Positions 31,708 through 40,417 of a stretch of DNA of 52,605 nucleotides are shown piece by piece (position 1 is the first letter of the stretch; the number at the start of each line of letters is the position of its first letter). The position numbers and the translations under genes are program-made. The notes under the pieces were generated by a model. That model searched no databases. It was not told the DNA's origin and worked only from the letters and a program-made list of their open reading frames with translations. The stretch is from the NCBI GenBank assembly GCA_016840085.1, contig JAEOTA010000008.1, forward strand, positions 1 to 52,605, given 5' to 3'. The DNA comes from Promethearchaeota archaeon (lineage in GTDB: Archaea > Asgardarchaeota > Lokiarchaeia > Sigyniarchaeales > SOKP01).

Positions 31708-32502
31708 ATGGTAAAGAAGGAGTATATCTGTGAGAAAGGTAAAAAGAGTTCTGTTGTAATAGAGGATCTTTCTGTTGAAATTAAAGAAGGGGCAACGCTC
31801 ATATTAGGTTTTGCGGGCATTGGACTTATTGGACCAATTGTGGCTAATACTTTGATAGAACAATTATCAGATGTAAAAGAGATAGGGTTTGTTACAAGTG
31901 AGTATCTCCCACCAATAAGCGTTTTCTATGCTGGTGTTTTAAAGCATCCTTTTAGATTACTTTATTCCTATCAACATAACTTAATTATCGGTGTGTGCGA
32001 AGTTCCGTTCCAAATTACATCTGCCTACAATGATCTTTCTAAAACTATATGTAATTGGGCTTTATCCCAAGATGTGAAAGCAAATGAGTTAGTTATTTTT
32101 CAAGGGATACCCCAGAGAGGTATTGTTGACGAATATCCTGTGTATTATGCAGCTGAGGAAGTTATGATAGATCATCTTGAAACGTTTGGAATTAATAAAG
32201 TTGAGAAAGGAATCATAGTAGGACCGGAAGCAACCATATTGAACGAAGCTTTGACTAACAGATTGAATGCTTATGCTTTATTTACACCTGTATTAGAACT
32301 TCCTACTCCTGAAGGCGCTGCCAGTATTTTAGAAGTATTAAATAAGATATATGAATTAAAGATCGATACAACCTCACTTATAGAACAAGGAAAAGATATT
32401 AAAGCGAAAATGCTGGAATTAGCACAGAAAGCTCAAGAATATCAAAAACAACAAGCACTCCCTGGCGCAACTGGCAAAGAATATACAGGTTACTTTCAGT
32501 AA
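31708..32502 (+). CDS. PAC2-family proteasome assembly chaperone
   Basis: LILGFAGIGLIGPI, YLPPI, HPFRL, PTPEGA, IDTTSLIE. Start moved to ATG at 31708. Confidence 0.88.
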   Translation: MVKKEYICEKGKKSSVVIEDLSVEIKEGATLILGFAGIGLIGPIVANTLIEQLSDVKEIGFVTSEYLPPISVFYAGVLKHPFRLLYSYQHNLIIGVCEVPFQITSAYNDLSKTICNWALSQDVKANELVIFQGIPQRGIVDEYPVYYAAEEVMIDHLETFGINKVEKGIIVGPEATILNEALTNRLNAYALFTPVLELPTPEGAASILEVLNKIYELKIDTTSLIEQGKDIKAKMLELAQKAQEYQKQQALPGATGKEYTGYFQ

Positions 32503-32659
32503 TTAAAAAAAAAATTTAATTTTCATTTTTTTAACACACTTCTTAAAATGATAGTATTTTTTAAATTCTTTCTTTATGAGACAGACCAAGTATTATTTAT
32601 ATATTCCAATAATAAAATGAAAGAACAAGATTAAAGAATCAAGAAATATAAGTACTATT

Positions 32660-33178
32660 ATGATATATAACAAGCAACATGCTGCCGTATGTGGTCTTTT
32701 TTGTCCAGCTTGCACCATATTCATTGCTACACAGGAAGATCCAGAACGTCTTAAATTTCTTGCTAACCAATTTGAGATAGATCTTGAAGAAATGAAGTGC
32801 AATGGATGTAGATCAGATAAACGTATTCCTTATTGTGATACTTGTAAACTTTATCCGTGTGCTCAAGAAAAAGGAATAGATTTCTGTGGTGAATGCGATG
32901 AATATCCGTGCGATGAATTAAAAGAATTCCAAACTGCTGGAGCTCATCGGTTCGAGTTATGGGAAGCACAAGAACATTTAATAAAGGAAGGATACGAGAA
33001 ATGGATGGAAGAAATGACAAATTATTATTCCTGTCCTAAATGTGGAACAATTAATTCTGCTTATGACTTTAAATGCAGATCATGTGAAAATACACCAAGT
33101 AATCAATACACTAAAAAACATGGTAAAAGGATAATAGAATTCTTGCGAAAGCAACAAACTCGATTAAAAAAGGATTAA
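32660..33178 (+). CDS. DUF3795-family Cys-rich protein with C-terminal zinc ribbon
   Basis: CGLFCPAC, CNGCRS, CDTC..CAQEKG..FCGECDEYPC, CPKCG..CRSC. Confidence 0.85.
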   Translation: MIYNKQHAAVCGLFCPACTIFIATQEDPERLKFLANQFEIDLEEMKCNGCRSDKRIPYCDTCKLYPCAQEKGIDFCGECDEYPCDELKEFQTAGAHRFELWEAQEHLIKEGYEKWMEEMTNYYSCPKCGTINSAYDFKCRSCENTPSNQYTKKHGKRIIEFLRKQQTRLKKD

Positions 33179-33308
33179 AACTTTTTTTTAGAAAGAAAGA
33201 AATTGTTTTAATTGATATTTTATAAAAATGAAGTTTAAAACATCCTTATTTTTATACAAATTTGAGTATAATCTTTTTTTTTTATTAGATTTGAACATGT
33301 GGTAAAAT

Positions 33309-33761
33309 TTGGGGAAATTTAAAGAGAAATTTGTTCCAGTTCAGATAAATCAGGAATTGTGCTTAAGATGTGAACGATGTTTACGCGCTTGTAAGGCTAA
33401 GGCTATATATTTTGAGCATGGGGTTAGACTGGTTGATTATAACAAATGTAGAGGATGTTTAAACTGTGTTCAAGTCTGTCCTCGAAATGCAATTGAGGTT
33501 ACATCTGGTTTAAGGGTAGATCAAGTAGTAAGTATAAAAATTGATCATGAAATATGTTCTATGTGTAAAGAATGCTTAGATGACAATGGTAAATTCTGTC
33601 CTAAAAATCTTTTTTATAAAGGTAAAGTAAAGAATAAAGAAAATGAAGAAATTGAGGGTATTAGATTTAAATTCAGAGAGATAGCTAAATGTCAAGGATG
33701 CTTAAAATGTGTTGATCTTTGTCCTGAAAATGCGATTAAACCAGTTAAATACAAGGCTTAA
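33309..33761 (+). CDS. Polyferredoxin-like 4Fe-4S protein
   Basis: Four Cys clusters: CLRCERC..C, CRGCLNC..CP, CSMCKEC..CP, CQGCLKC..CP. Confidence 0.88.
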   Translation: MGKFKEKFVPVQINQELCLRCERCLRACKAKAIYFEHGVRLVDYNKCRGCLNCVQVCPRNAIEVTSGLRVDQVVSIKIDHEICSMCKECLDDNGKFCPKNLFYKGKVKNKENEEIEGIRFKFREIAKCQGCLKCVDLCPENAIKPVKYKA

Positions 33762-34414
33762 CCTTCTAATTCTTTAATTTTCTTTATTAGATCATTTAAA
33801 TATAGATTTCCCATTCCTAATTTAACGATTTCGGAAAAAAATAATACTATAGCAAATCTCATATCCTTTATGTCAATATAATACGAGCAAATTTTATGAT
33901 TATTTTCTAATTCGAGATACATTTTTCTTAGATTACTAAGTTTTTTCTCACTTCTTACTTCAAATTCTTTAATGATCGAAAATAATGTATTACTTGGCAG
34001 TGAAGAATATAAAACGTGTCCATTGACATTAAATAATCCAGTTCCTAAAATTTCTTTATTATCTACATAACTTCTTAGAAGCCTAATAATCTTTTGGAAC
34101 AATGGTTGTGTTGTTAGATCAGCTGTTTGGATTTGTTGTTCTACATCACCACCTCCTTCATAAAATTCCATTTTAGCAAATTCGAAGTCAACTTTTTGAT
34201 ATCCACGAACTTTGAAATTTTTATCTACAAAAGACTGAAAAGAATGCTCACATACAGTTCCAGATGGAATTGAGATAGTGGTCAATTGTTTACTTTGGTT
34301 TATAATTTTAGTAGGTATCTTTAGCTCTTTTCTTGCTTTACATGTAGGGCAGACTACGGTAATTTCTTCATATAATTCCTTAGCTCCAATATCGTCTGAC
34401 TCAATCATATACAT
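33758..34414 (-). CDS. Zn-ribbon plus roadblock/profilin-like domain protein
   Basis: N-terminal CPTC..CEHSFQSFVDKNFKVRGY; C-terminal ILGTGLFNVNGHVLYSSLP..VKLGMGNLYL. Confidence 0.6.
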   Translation of the reverse strand: MYMIESDDIGAKELYEEITVVCPTCKARKELKIPTKIINQSKQLTTISIPSGTVCEHSFQSFVDKNFKVRGYQKVDFEFAKMEFYEGGGDVEQQIQTADLTTQPLFQKIIRLLRSYVDNKEILGTGLFNVNGHVLYSSLPSNTLFSIIKEFEVRSEKKLSNLRKMYLELENNHKICSYYIDIKDMRFAIVLFFSEIVKLGMGNLYLNDLIKKIKELEG

Positions 34415-34564
34415 CTTCTATCTTCTTTTTATCGTAATTCTATCTCTATAGAATATTAATTTGATTCTATAAATTTATCTTCTTACTTACTTATTGATAA
34501 CACTTTTATAAAATTTTTTCTAATCCTTTATGAAAAGAGATTTCAAGTGATTATCATTTTTTAT

Positions 34565-36175
34565 TTATAATCTAAATCCCTGATCAACCCAACCAAGAGT
34601 GGAAAATGCCTCTGCTCTCTTAGAACAACAAGAGCATTTTCCACAAGGTTCTTCTCCATCGCTATAGCAACTCCATGTCCATTTAAAAGGAACATCAAGT
34701 TCTTTAGCTAATTTTAAAACATCCTTTTTTTCCATCTTGATCAATGGAAATAATAATTGGATAGTGCTCATATCTTTCGAATGTTTTCCTTTATTGATCA
34801 ATTTTTCAAGTGAATTAAAAAAATGAGAATCCGCATCAGGAAACCTTATAGTATCAGTCAATATGTGCCCTCCTATTATATAATTGCAGCCATAAACTTC
34901 TGCATAATAAGCTGCGATGGAATAAAATACGAGGTTTCGAGTTGGAATGAATCCTTCAGGAGCATGAATAGCAGTTGGAATAGGGAATCCTTCTATTCTT
35001 AAATCTATACTTTCTTTTAAATAATCTATTGGAACCTCAATTATTTTTACTCGCAAAGCTTCAGCTAACCTTTTGGCTGCCAATTTCTCTTTTTCTGGTC
35101 GAAATTGATAATTAAAGGATAGTGCATACAACTCATAGCCTTGATGATGTGCCCAAAATAAAGCAGTAGCAGAATCAAGTCCACCAGATAATAATATAAT
35201 CGCTCTTTTTTCAACTTTTTTTTCTTTTGGGACCAATTTTGCTGCTACAGCTTCTTTAATAGCCTTATTTATATCTGATAAAGTAAAACCTAACGCATTA
35301 GCTGTTTTATTACCATCTGAAGTAATATCACATCTCATAACATCAATCATTTCTTTACAAATTCCTAGGCTTTCTGGAGCTTCTTCAAAACTTATATTAT
35401 TGATTCGTGGTTGAGGGATATTGAAACCTAATTCGATCATATTCTTAACAACCATTTCGATTAATTCAAGCATATTAGTAATTTTGGGGCCCACAAGATC
35501 GTATATTTGCTTATCTTGGCCAATACCATCCGCAGCTGCTAAAAATGCTGCAACTGCATCATTTACAAAAATTGGTTGCATAGGAATTTTTCCACTTCCA
35601 GCAACCAGAACAATTCCATTTCCAATTTGTTCAATAATATCTGGAATCAATTCATCATTAGGTCCTAAAATGTAAGAAGGTCTAAAAATTACATAAGGTA
35701 CTTTCTCTTGTATAATTATTTGCTCAGCAACATTTTTTGAACGGAAATATTCATTATTAGCCCATTCTATTGTTCCATACTTATCAACTCCCAAACCAGA
35801 AGGAAAAATTATCCTAGAAATTCCAGCCTCTAAAGCTGCATTAAGTACGGTACGAATTCCCTCAATATTAACCTTTTCAAAAGTTTCCTTAGAGCCACAC
35901 ACTACCCCTCGGAAATGTATAACTGCTTTACACCTAATGAAAGCATCCCGTAAAGATTTATGATTAAAATCTTTTATAATAATTGCTTCTGCTCCAATAG
36001 ATTCCACTTCTTTAGCGGCTTCTTCTCTTCGCACAATACCAATAACTTGCCATCCCTTTTTAATAGCATATTTTATAGTATGTATCCCTAAATAGCCGTT
36101 AGCACCTGTTATTGCTAATTTCTTATGTTCCATTGTGTGAGCATCCTTTAATTTGTCATGAAAAGTAAAACTCAT
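34565..36175 (-). CDS. queC: Fusion: NAD(P)-dependent SDR/epimerase-like domain plus 7-cyano-7-deazaguanine synthase
   Basis: N-part ITGANGYLG, YFRSK, FRPSYILGP, QPIFVND; C-part LLSGGLDS, FIPTRNLVF, FPDAD, TWSCY..PCGKCSCC..R. Single uninterrupted ORF. Confidence 0.9.
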   Translation of the reverse strand: MSFTFHDKLKDAHTMEHKKLAITGANGYLGIHTIKYAIKKGWQVIGIVRREEAAKEVESIGAEAIIIKDFNHKSLRDAFIRCKAVIHFRGVVCGSKETFEKVNIEGIRTVLNAALEAGISRIIFPSGLGVDKYGTIEWANNEYFRSKNVAEQIIIQEKVPYVIFRPSYILGPNDELIPDIIEQIGNGIVLVAGSGKIPMQPIFVNDAVAAFLAAADGIGQDKQIYDLVGPKITNMLELIEMVVKNMIELGFNIPQPRINNISFEEAPESLGICKEMIDVMRCDITSDGNKTANALGFTLSDINKAIKEAVAAKLVPKEKKVEKRAIILLSGGLDSATALFWAHHQGYELYALSFNYQFRPEKEKLAAKRLAEALRVKIIEVPIDYLKESIDLRIEGFPIPTAIHAPEGFIPTRNLVFYSIAAYYAEVYGCNYIIGGHILTDTIRFPDADSHFFNSLEKLINKGKHSKDMSTIQLLFPLIKMEKKDVLKLAKELDVPFKWTWSCYSDGEEPCGKCSCCSKRAEAFSTLGWVDQGFRL

Positions 36176-36329
36176 AACAATTTCTAGACATTGATTATTA
36201 ATTAATGAAATTATCTTTCTGAAATAATATGTATTATTGTTTTAAATCATAAACTATAAAAATATCAAATAGCTTCTACTATACAAAAATAATAAAACCT
36301 AATGAGAGTAAGAGGGGAGCAGTTAAAAT

Positions 36330-36785
36330 ATGGGATATAAAGTAGTGTTAGATTCAACAGAAATTAAATTTAGTGCGTGTCACTTTTTAAAAGAACCAAA
36401 TCAATGTTCAAGGCTCCATGGTCATAACTATTATGTTTCTGTTGAGATCAGTGATGATTTAAATGAAAACTACTTTGTTGTAGATTTTATTGATCTTAAG
36501 GAGAAATTAGTCTCGATAATTAAGCCTATGGACCATTACATTTTAATACCAACACAGTCATCTGATTTAACAATTCGAGAAGATGAGGATTCAATAGAAA
36601 TTATTGCTTCTAATAAAAGATATGTATTCCCCCGAGCTGATGTATTGTTTCTCCCATTACCTGCAACTACCAGTGAGCTTTTAGCTAAATATATCCATGG
36701 TAAATTAAAAGAATTATTAAAGAATAAAGAAATTACAGTAAAAGTAGGCGAAAGTAAAAGTACTATGGCAATATATGAGGCCTAA
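36330..36785 (+). CDS. queD: 6-carboxy-5,6,7,8-tetrahydropterin synthase
   Basis: FSACHF, CSRLHGHNY, VVDF, MDH, TTSELLA, VGES. Confidence 0.9.
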   Translation: MGYKVVLDSTEIKFSACHFLKEPNQCSRLHGHNYYVSVEISDDLNENYFVVDFIDLKEKLVSIIKPMDHYILIPTQSSDLTIREDEDSIEIIASNKRYVFPRADVLFLPLPATTSELLAKYIHGKLKELLKNKEITVKVGESKSTMAIYEA

Positions 36786-36836
36786 GCGCTATCCTTTTAA
36801 AATCTTGAAATTGAACATGTTCAGCTAAATAATTAA

Positions 36837-37784
36837 ATGTTTTATAAATTATTAAAAATACAAATAAAAACCTTCATTTGTTCCATTCTAATGTTGAGTC
36901 AGAATAATTATAAAATAGGAATATTTTATGGGGTTGGTCCAGATACAGAGATGCTCGCGCAAAAATTTGCAGGCAATCTCATAAATAATGAAGAATTCTG
37001 TAAAGCTTGTGAAGATTTAGAACAAAATGTAAAATGTGATAAATGTAGGGAACATTTAAAGAGTTTTGCGAGCTCTATTTACTTTTACGAGAAAATTGGT
37101 GAAGATATTCCTGAGTTTGTTGAAGACTCAACGGAATATCTACCAAAAAATTTGCCACCTGTCGATTTTTTGTTGGTTGTAGGTATCCATCAAGATTTAC
37201 TTTTAGACCTTCCTAATTATCTCAAGGATAAAGGTATTAAAGCAGTTATAGTTCCAATTGAAGATCCTAAATGGGTGCCTTCAGGACTGCAATCAATGAT
37301 CTTAGAAGAATTCGAGAAATATGGCATCCAAGCAGCATTTCCTAAACCATTTTGTGCATTAAGTAAGGACTTAAATGAATATAATAATATTGGTTTTCAT
37401 CTCACTAAAGAACGTCATTATATTAATGAATTCATAGATTATTTCAAAATAGGCGTTCCAATTATCTCTTTATTACTAAGTAAAGACGGGGAATCAATTG
37501 AAGATAACTGCGTACTACAATCAGCCCCATGTGGGAGCAGTTATTATGTTTGCCAACAACTCAAATCAAAGTATTTCAAAAATGATAAAAATGGAGAATT
37601 ATCATTAAATGAAAGAATTAGTAAAGCTCATCATGCATATCCTTGTAATGCTTCAATGGATCAAGATAATATATTGAAAGATTCAATTCTTCATGTCGGA
37701 GGGTATTTGATTAGAAATGCAATTAGAAGAGAGTTAAACCTCGAAGAACAAGAAGGTCAAAAACTTGTATACGTAATAAAGTGA
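36837..37784 (+). CDS. DUF166-family protein
   Basis: HQDL, AVIVPIE, FPKPFCAL, SAPCGSSYYV, HHAYPCNASM..D..LH..G. Start may be 36891. Confidence 0.8.
   Translation: MFYKLLKIQIKTFICSILMLSQNNYKIGIFYGVGPDTEMLAQKFAGNLINNEEFCKACEDLEQNVKCDKCREHLKSFASSIYFYEKIGEDIPEFVEDSTEYLPKNLPPVDFLLVVGIHQDLLLDLPNYLKDKGIKAVIVPIEDPKWVPSGLQSMILEEFEKYGIQAAFPKPFCALSKDLNEYNNIGFHLTKERHYINEFIDYFKIGVPIISLLLSKDGESIEDNCVLQSAPCGSSYYVCQQLKSKYFKNDKNGELSLNERISKAHHAYPCNASMDQDNILKDSILHVGGYLIRNAIRRELNLEEQEGQKLVYVIK
37555..37784 (+). repeat. Direct repeat A, copy 1 (3' end of DUF166 gene)
   Basis: Aligns without gaps to 40021-40250 (offset 2,466). Confidence 0.95.
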
Positions 37785-38077
37785 AGTTATACCTATTTTT
37801 TGATATATTTTTTGAAATCTTGAGCGTACAAGGGCACTCAAGCACAAAAGTTCTCGGTTGGGACATAATGCGGTGGAGTTGATCTCTACTGAGAAGGTGA
37901 TAGAACTGAAAAAAGTCCAATCATCATCAATAAGAACGATTTTTTTCCCCGGAAATTTACCATACTCTCTTCAAAGCAACACCTTATTATTGAAAATTTA
38001 GATTCCTATAAGATAAAATTAGAATACAGCATGAGCACGTTTTTTAAGTTTTTCTTTTAACATGTTTATAACAAAAA

Positions 38078-39136
38078 TTGGTCTACGGAAGAAACTTATT
38101 CAAATTAATTTTGATTATAAATATGAATGAATCTATAAAAGAAGAAGCACAAATAATATATTCAGATCCTAATCAATTCAATGAGAATAAATATTCAACT
38201 GAATTTATCATCAAAGTTCAAGATCTAGAAAAGTCGTTCAATAGTATTAAAGCAGTTGATGGTATTAGTCTTAAAGTTCGTAAAGGTGAATTATTTTCAC
38301 TTTTAGGTCCTAATGGAGCGGGGAAATCTACAACAATTAGAATGCTTACCACTGTATTAAAACCCTCCAATGGAGATGCAAGAATCACGGATTATAGCCT
38401 AATAAAAGAAAAAAATAAAATTAAACCACTTATTGGCGTATGTCCTCAAGAAAATGTTGTTTTTGAAGCCTTAACAGCAGAGGATAATGTGGAATTTGTT
38501 GGTCGTATGCATGGAATGGATCCTGCTGACATAAAAAAACGCACAAAAACTTTGTTAGAGAAAATGAATATTGCAGGACGAAAAAAGTCAGCAAAATCCT
38601 TTTCTGGGGGAATGAAAAAACGATTAAATATTGTAATGAGCCTTATTCATCAACCACAGATTCTATTTCTTGATGAACCAAGCGCCGGGTTAGATCCTCA
38701 AGCAAGACGCCTTGTATGGGATTTTATCAAGGATCTTAAAAATACAGGAATGACAATCATCCTTACTACCCATGATATGGTAGAGGCTGATGTGTTAAGT
38801 GATCATATTGCAATCATAGATCATGGTAAAATCATTGCTTCTGGAACCTTAGAAGAACTAAAAAGGAGTTCGCATAACGGAAATATTCTTGAATTTAGTT
38901 TCTCTTCCAAAGAAGAGCTCATTCAAGCAAAAAACAAGTTAGAACAACTAGATAAAGTGAAAAAAATCACAGAAATGGAGAACAATAAATTAATTATCTC
39001 CTTTACTGGAGGAGTTAAGACTTTTAAACGAGAAATTTTACGCGAGATAGAATCGTTTAAAACCTTACACTTTAGGGAAGATTCTCTTGAAGATATATTT
39101 TTAAAATTAACAGGTAGGGGGTTACGTGATCAATGA
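38078..39136 (+). CDS. ABC-2 type exporter ATP-binding subunit
   Basis: GPNGAGKST, FSGGMKKRL, LDEPSAGLDP, TTH, SLEDIFLKLTG. Start likely ATG at 38123. Confidence 0.95.
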   Translation: MVYGRNLFKLILIINMNESIKEEAQIIYSDPNQFNENKYSTEFIIKVQDLEKSFNSIKAVDGISLKVRKGELFSLLGPNGAGKSTTIRMLTTVLKPSNGDARITDYSLIKEKNKIKPLIGVCPQENVVFEALTAEDNVEFVGRMHGMDPADIKKRTKTLLEKMNIAGRKKSAKSFSGGMKKRLNIVMSLIHQPQILFLDEPSAGLDPQARRLVWDFIKDLKNTGMTIILTTHDMVEADVLSDHIAIIDHGKIIASGTLEELKRSSHNGNILEFSFSSKEELIQAKNKLEQLDKVKKITEMENNKLIISFTGGVKTFKREILREIESFKTLHFREDSLEDIFLKLTGRGLRDQ

Positions 39137-39936
39137 ACACGATTGATTTAAAAGCGTGGTATATCGCCAAGAAGAATGTAAAAGAAAAACTTAAGAATTT
39201 TGGCTCGATGTTTTGGACTATTGCATTTCCAATCATGATGTTGATTGTCTACAAGTTAGCCTTCAGCGAAAGTGGAGATTACATGATAAATGGATTAACA
39301 ACTTTTGACGTAGAATTTCCAGGAATAGTTGTATATACGATTGGCATGTCCACAGTAACAAGTGCAGTTATGTTCTCAATGAGTAAAAAAGATGGAACAT
39401 TAGAGCGTATAGATTCAATGCCTGTGAGTCGTGGAAATTTATTTTTAGGAGCTGTAATATCTGAGACCATTTTCATGAATCTCCAACTCATTTTAATATT
39501 TGGATTTGGATATGGGGTTTTAGGGGCTCATTTTGAACTCGCATTGATGCCGCTTGGATACCTGATTGCAATGATTTATGGTGTTGCAGCAATCGGATTG
39601 GGTCTTATTATTGCGAGTTTTCTTAATACTCCTGAAGGAGCGAATGGATTTGCAATGTTGGCTCACATGTCCTTAATGTTTGTATCAGGGTCATTTTTCC
39701 CCTTGGATAATGGGGGCGTGTTTTTTACACCACAATATTGGGTCAAACAAGTCTATCTCCAATTGACAGTAGTTGGGGATTCCTTCTCTGATTTGTTGTA
39801 TAGTGGTACTATAATTACTCCCACTTCTGAAGCCACCTGCATTCCCATATGGGGTGGAATCCTGATGATATTAGCATTCACTGCCACACTTATTATTTTA
39901 GGAGTTAAAATCTTTCAGAAAAAGACTACACTTTAA
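39133..39936 (+). CDS. ABC-2 type exporter permease
   Basis: About 6 TM; FPGI, KKDGTLERI..PV, FVSGSFFP; ATGA overlap with the ATPase. Confidence 0.92.
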   Translation: MNTIDLKAWYIAKKNVKEKLKNFGSMFWTIAFPIMMLIVYKLAFSESGDYMINGLTTFDVEFPGIVVYTIGMSTVTSAVMFSMSKKDGTLERIDSMPVSRGNLFLGAVISETIFMNLQLILIFGFGYGVLGAHFELALMPLGYLIAMIYGVAAIGLGLIIASFLNTPEGANGFAMLAHMSLMFVSGSFFPLDNGGVFFTPQYWVKQVYLQLTVVGDSFSDLLYSGTIITPTSEATCIPIWGGILMILAFTATLIILGVKIFQKKTTL

Positions 39937-39937
39937 A

Positions 39938-40010
39938 TTCTTTATCTTTTTTTTCTTTTTTTTAAACTATTTTATTATTTCAATATTTTTTTAACTTTTT
40001 TTATATTTTT
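39938..40010 (+). terminator. Oligo-T tracts after permease
   Basis: Multiple long T runs directly after the stop codon. Confidence 0.5.
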
Positions 40011-40020
40011 ATACTTTCTA

Positions 40021-40250
40021 AACAGTTAAAATCGAAATATTTCAAGAATGGTAAAAGTGGTGAACTTTCATTGAATGAAAGAATAAGTAAAGCACATCAT
40101 GCATATCCTTGTAATGCCCCAATGGATCAAGATAATATATTGAAAGATTCAATTCTTCATGTCGGGAGGTATTTGATTAGAAATGCAATTAGAAGAGAGT
40201 TAAATCTTGAAGAGGAAGAAGGAGAAAAACTAGTTTATGTTATTAAATGA
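40021..40250 (+). pseudogene. Direct repeat A, copy 2: orphan 3' end (75 codons plus stop) of DUF166 gene
   Basis: QLKSKYFKNGKSGELSLNERISKAHHAYPCNAPMDQDNILKDSILHVGRYLIRNAIRRELNLEEEEGEKLVYVIK*; the 5' part of the gene is missing. Confidence 0.93.
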
Positions 40251-40417
40251 TTTTTTGGTATAACTTATTATTTTAAATGCATATTTTTCCAGTTTTTTAT
40301 GAAAAACAGTCGATTAAAGATTTTTTAAACCTTAAACATTTTTTCACTATATAATTTTATTCAACTATAGTATCTTTAAATTTTAAAAAATTTATCATCA
40401 TTAGATAGGATGAAAAC

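Noticed and set aside
37555-40250. DGR template/variable repeat pair
   Set aside because: Mismatches are mostly synonymous third-position changes, not restricted to adenines, and no reverse transcriptase is present. The same applies to repeat B.
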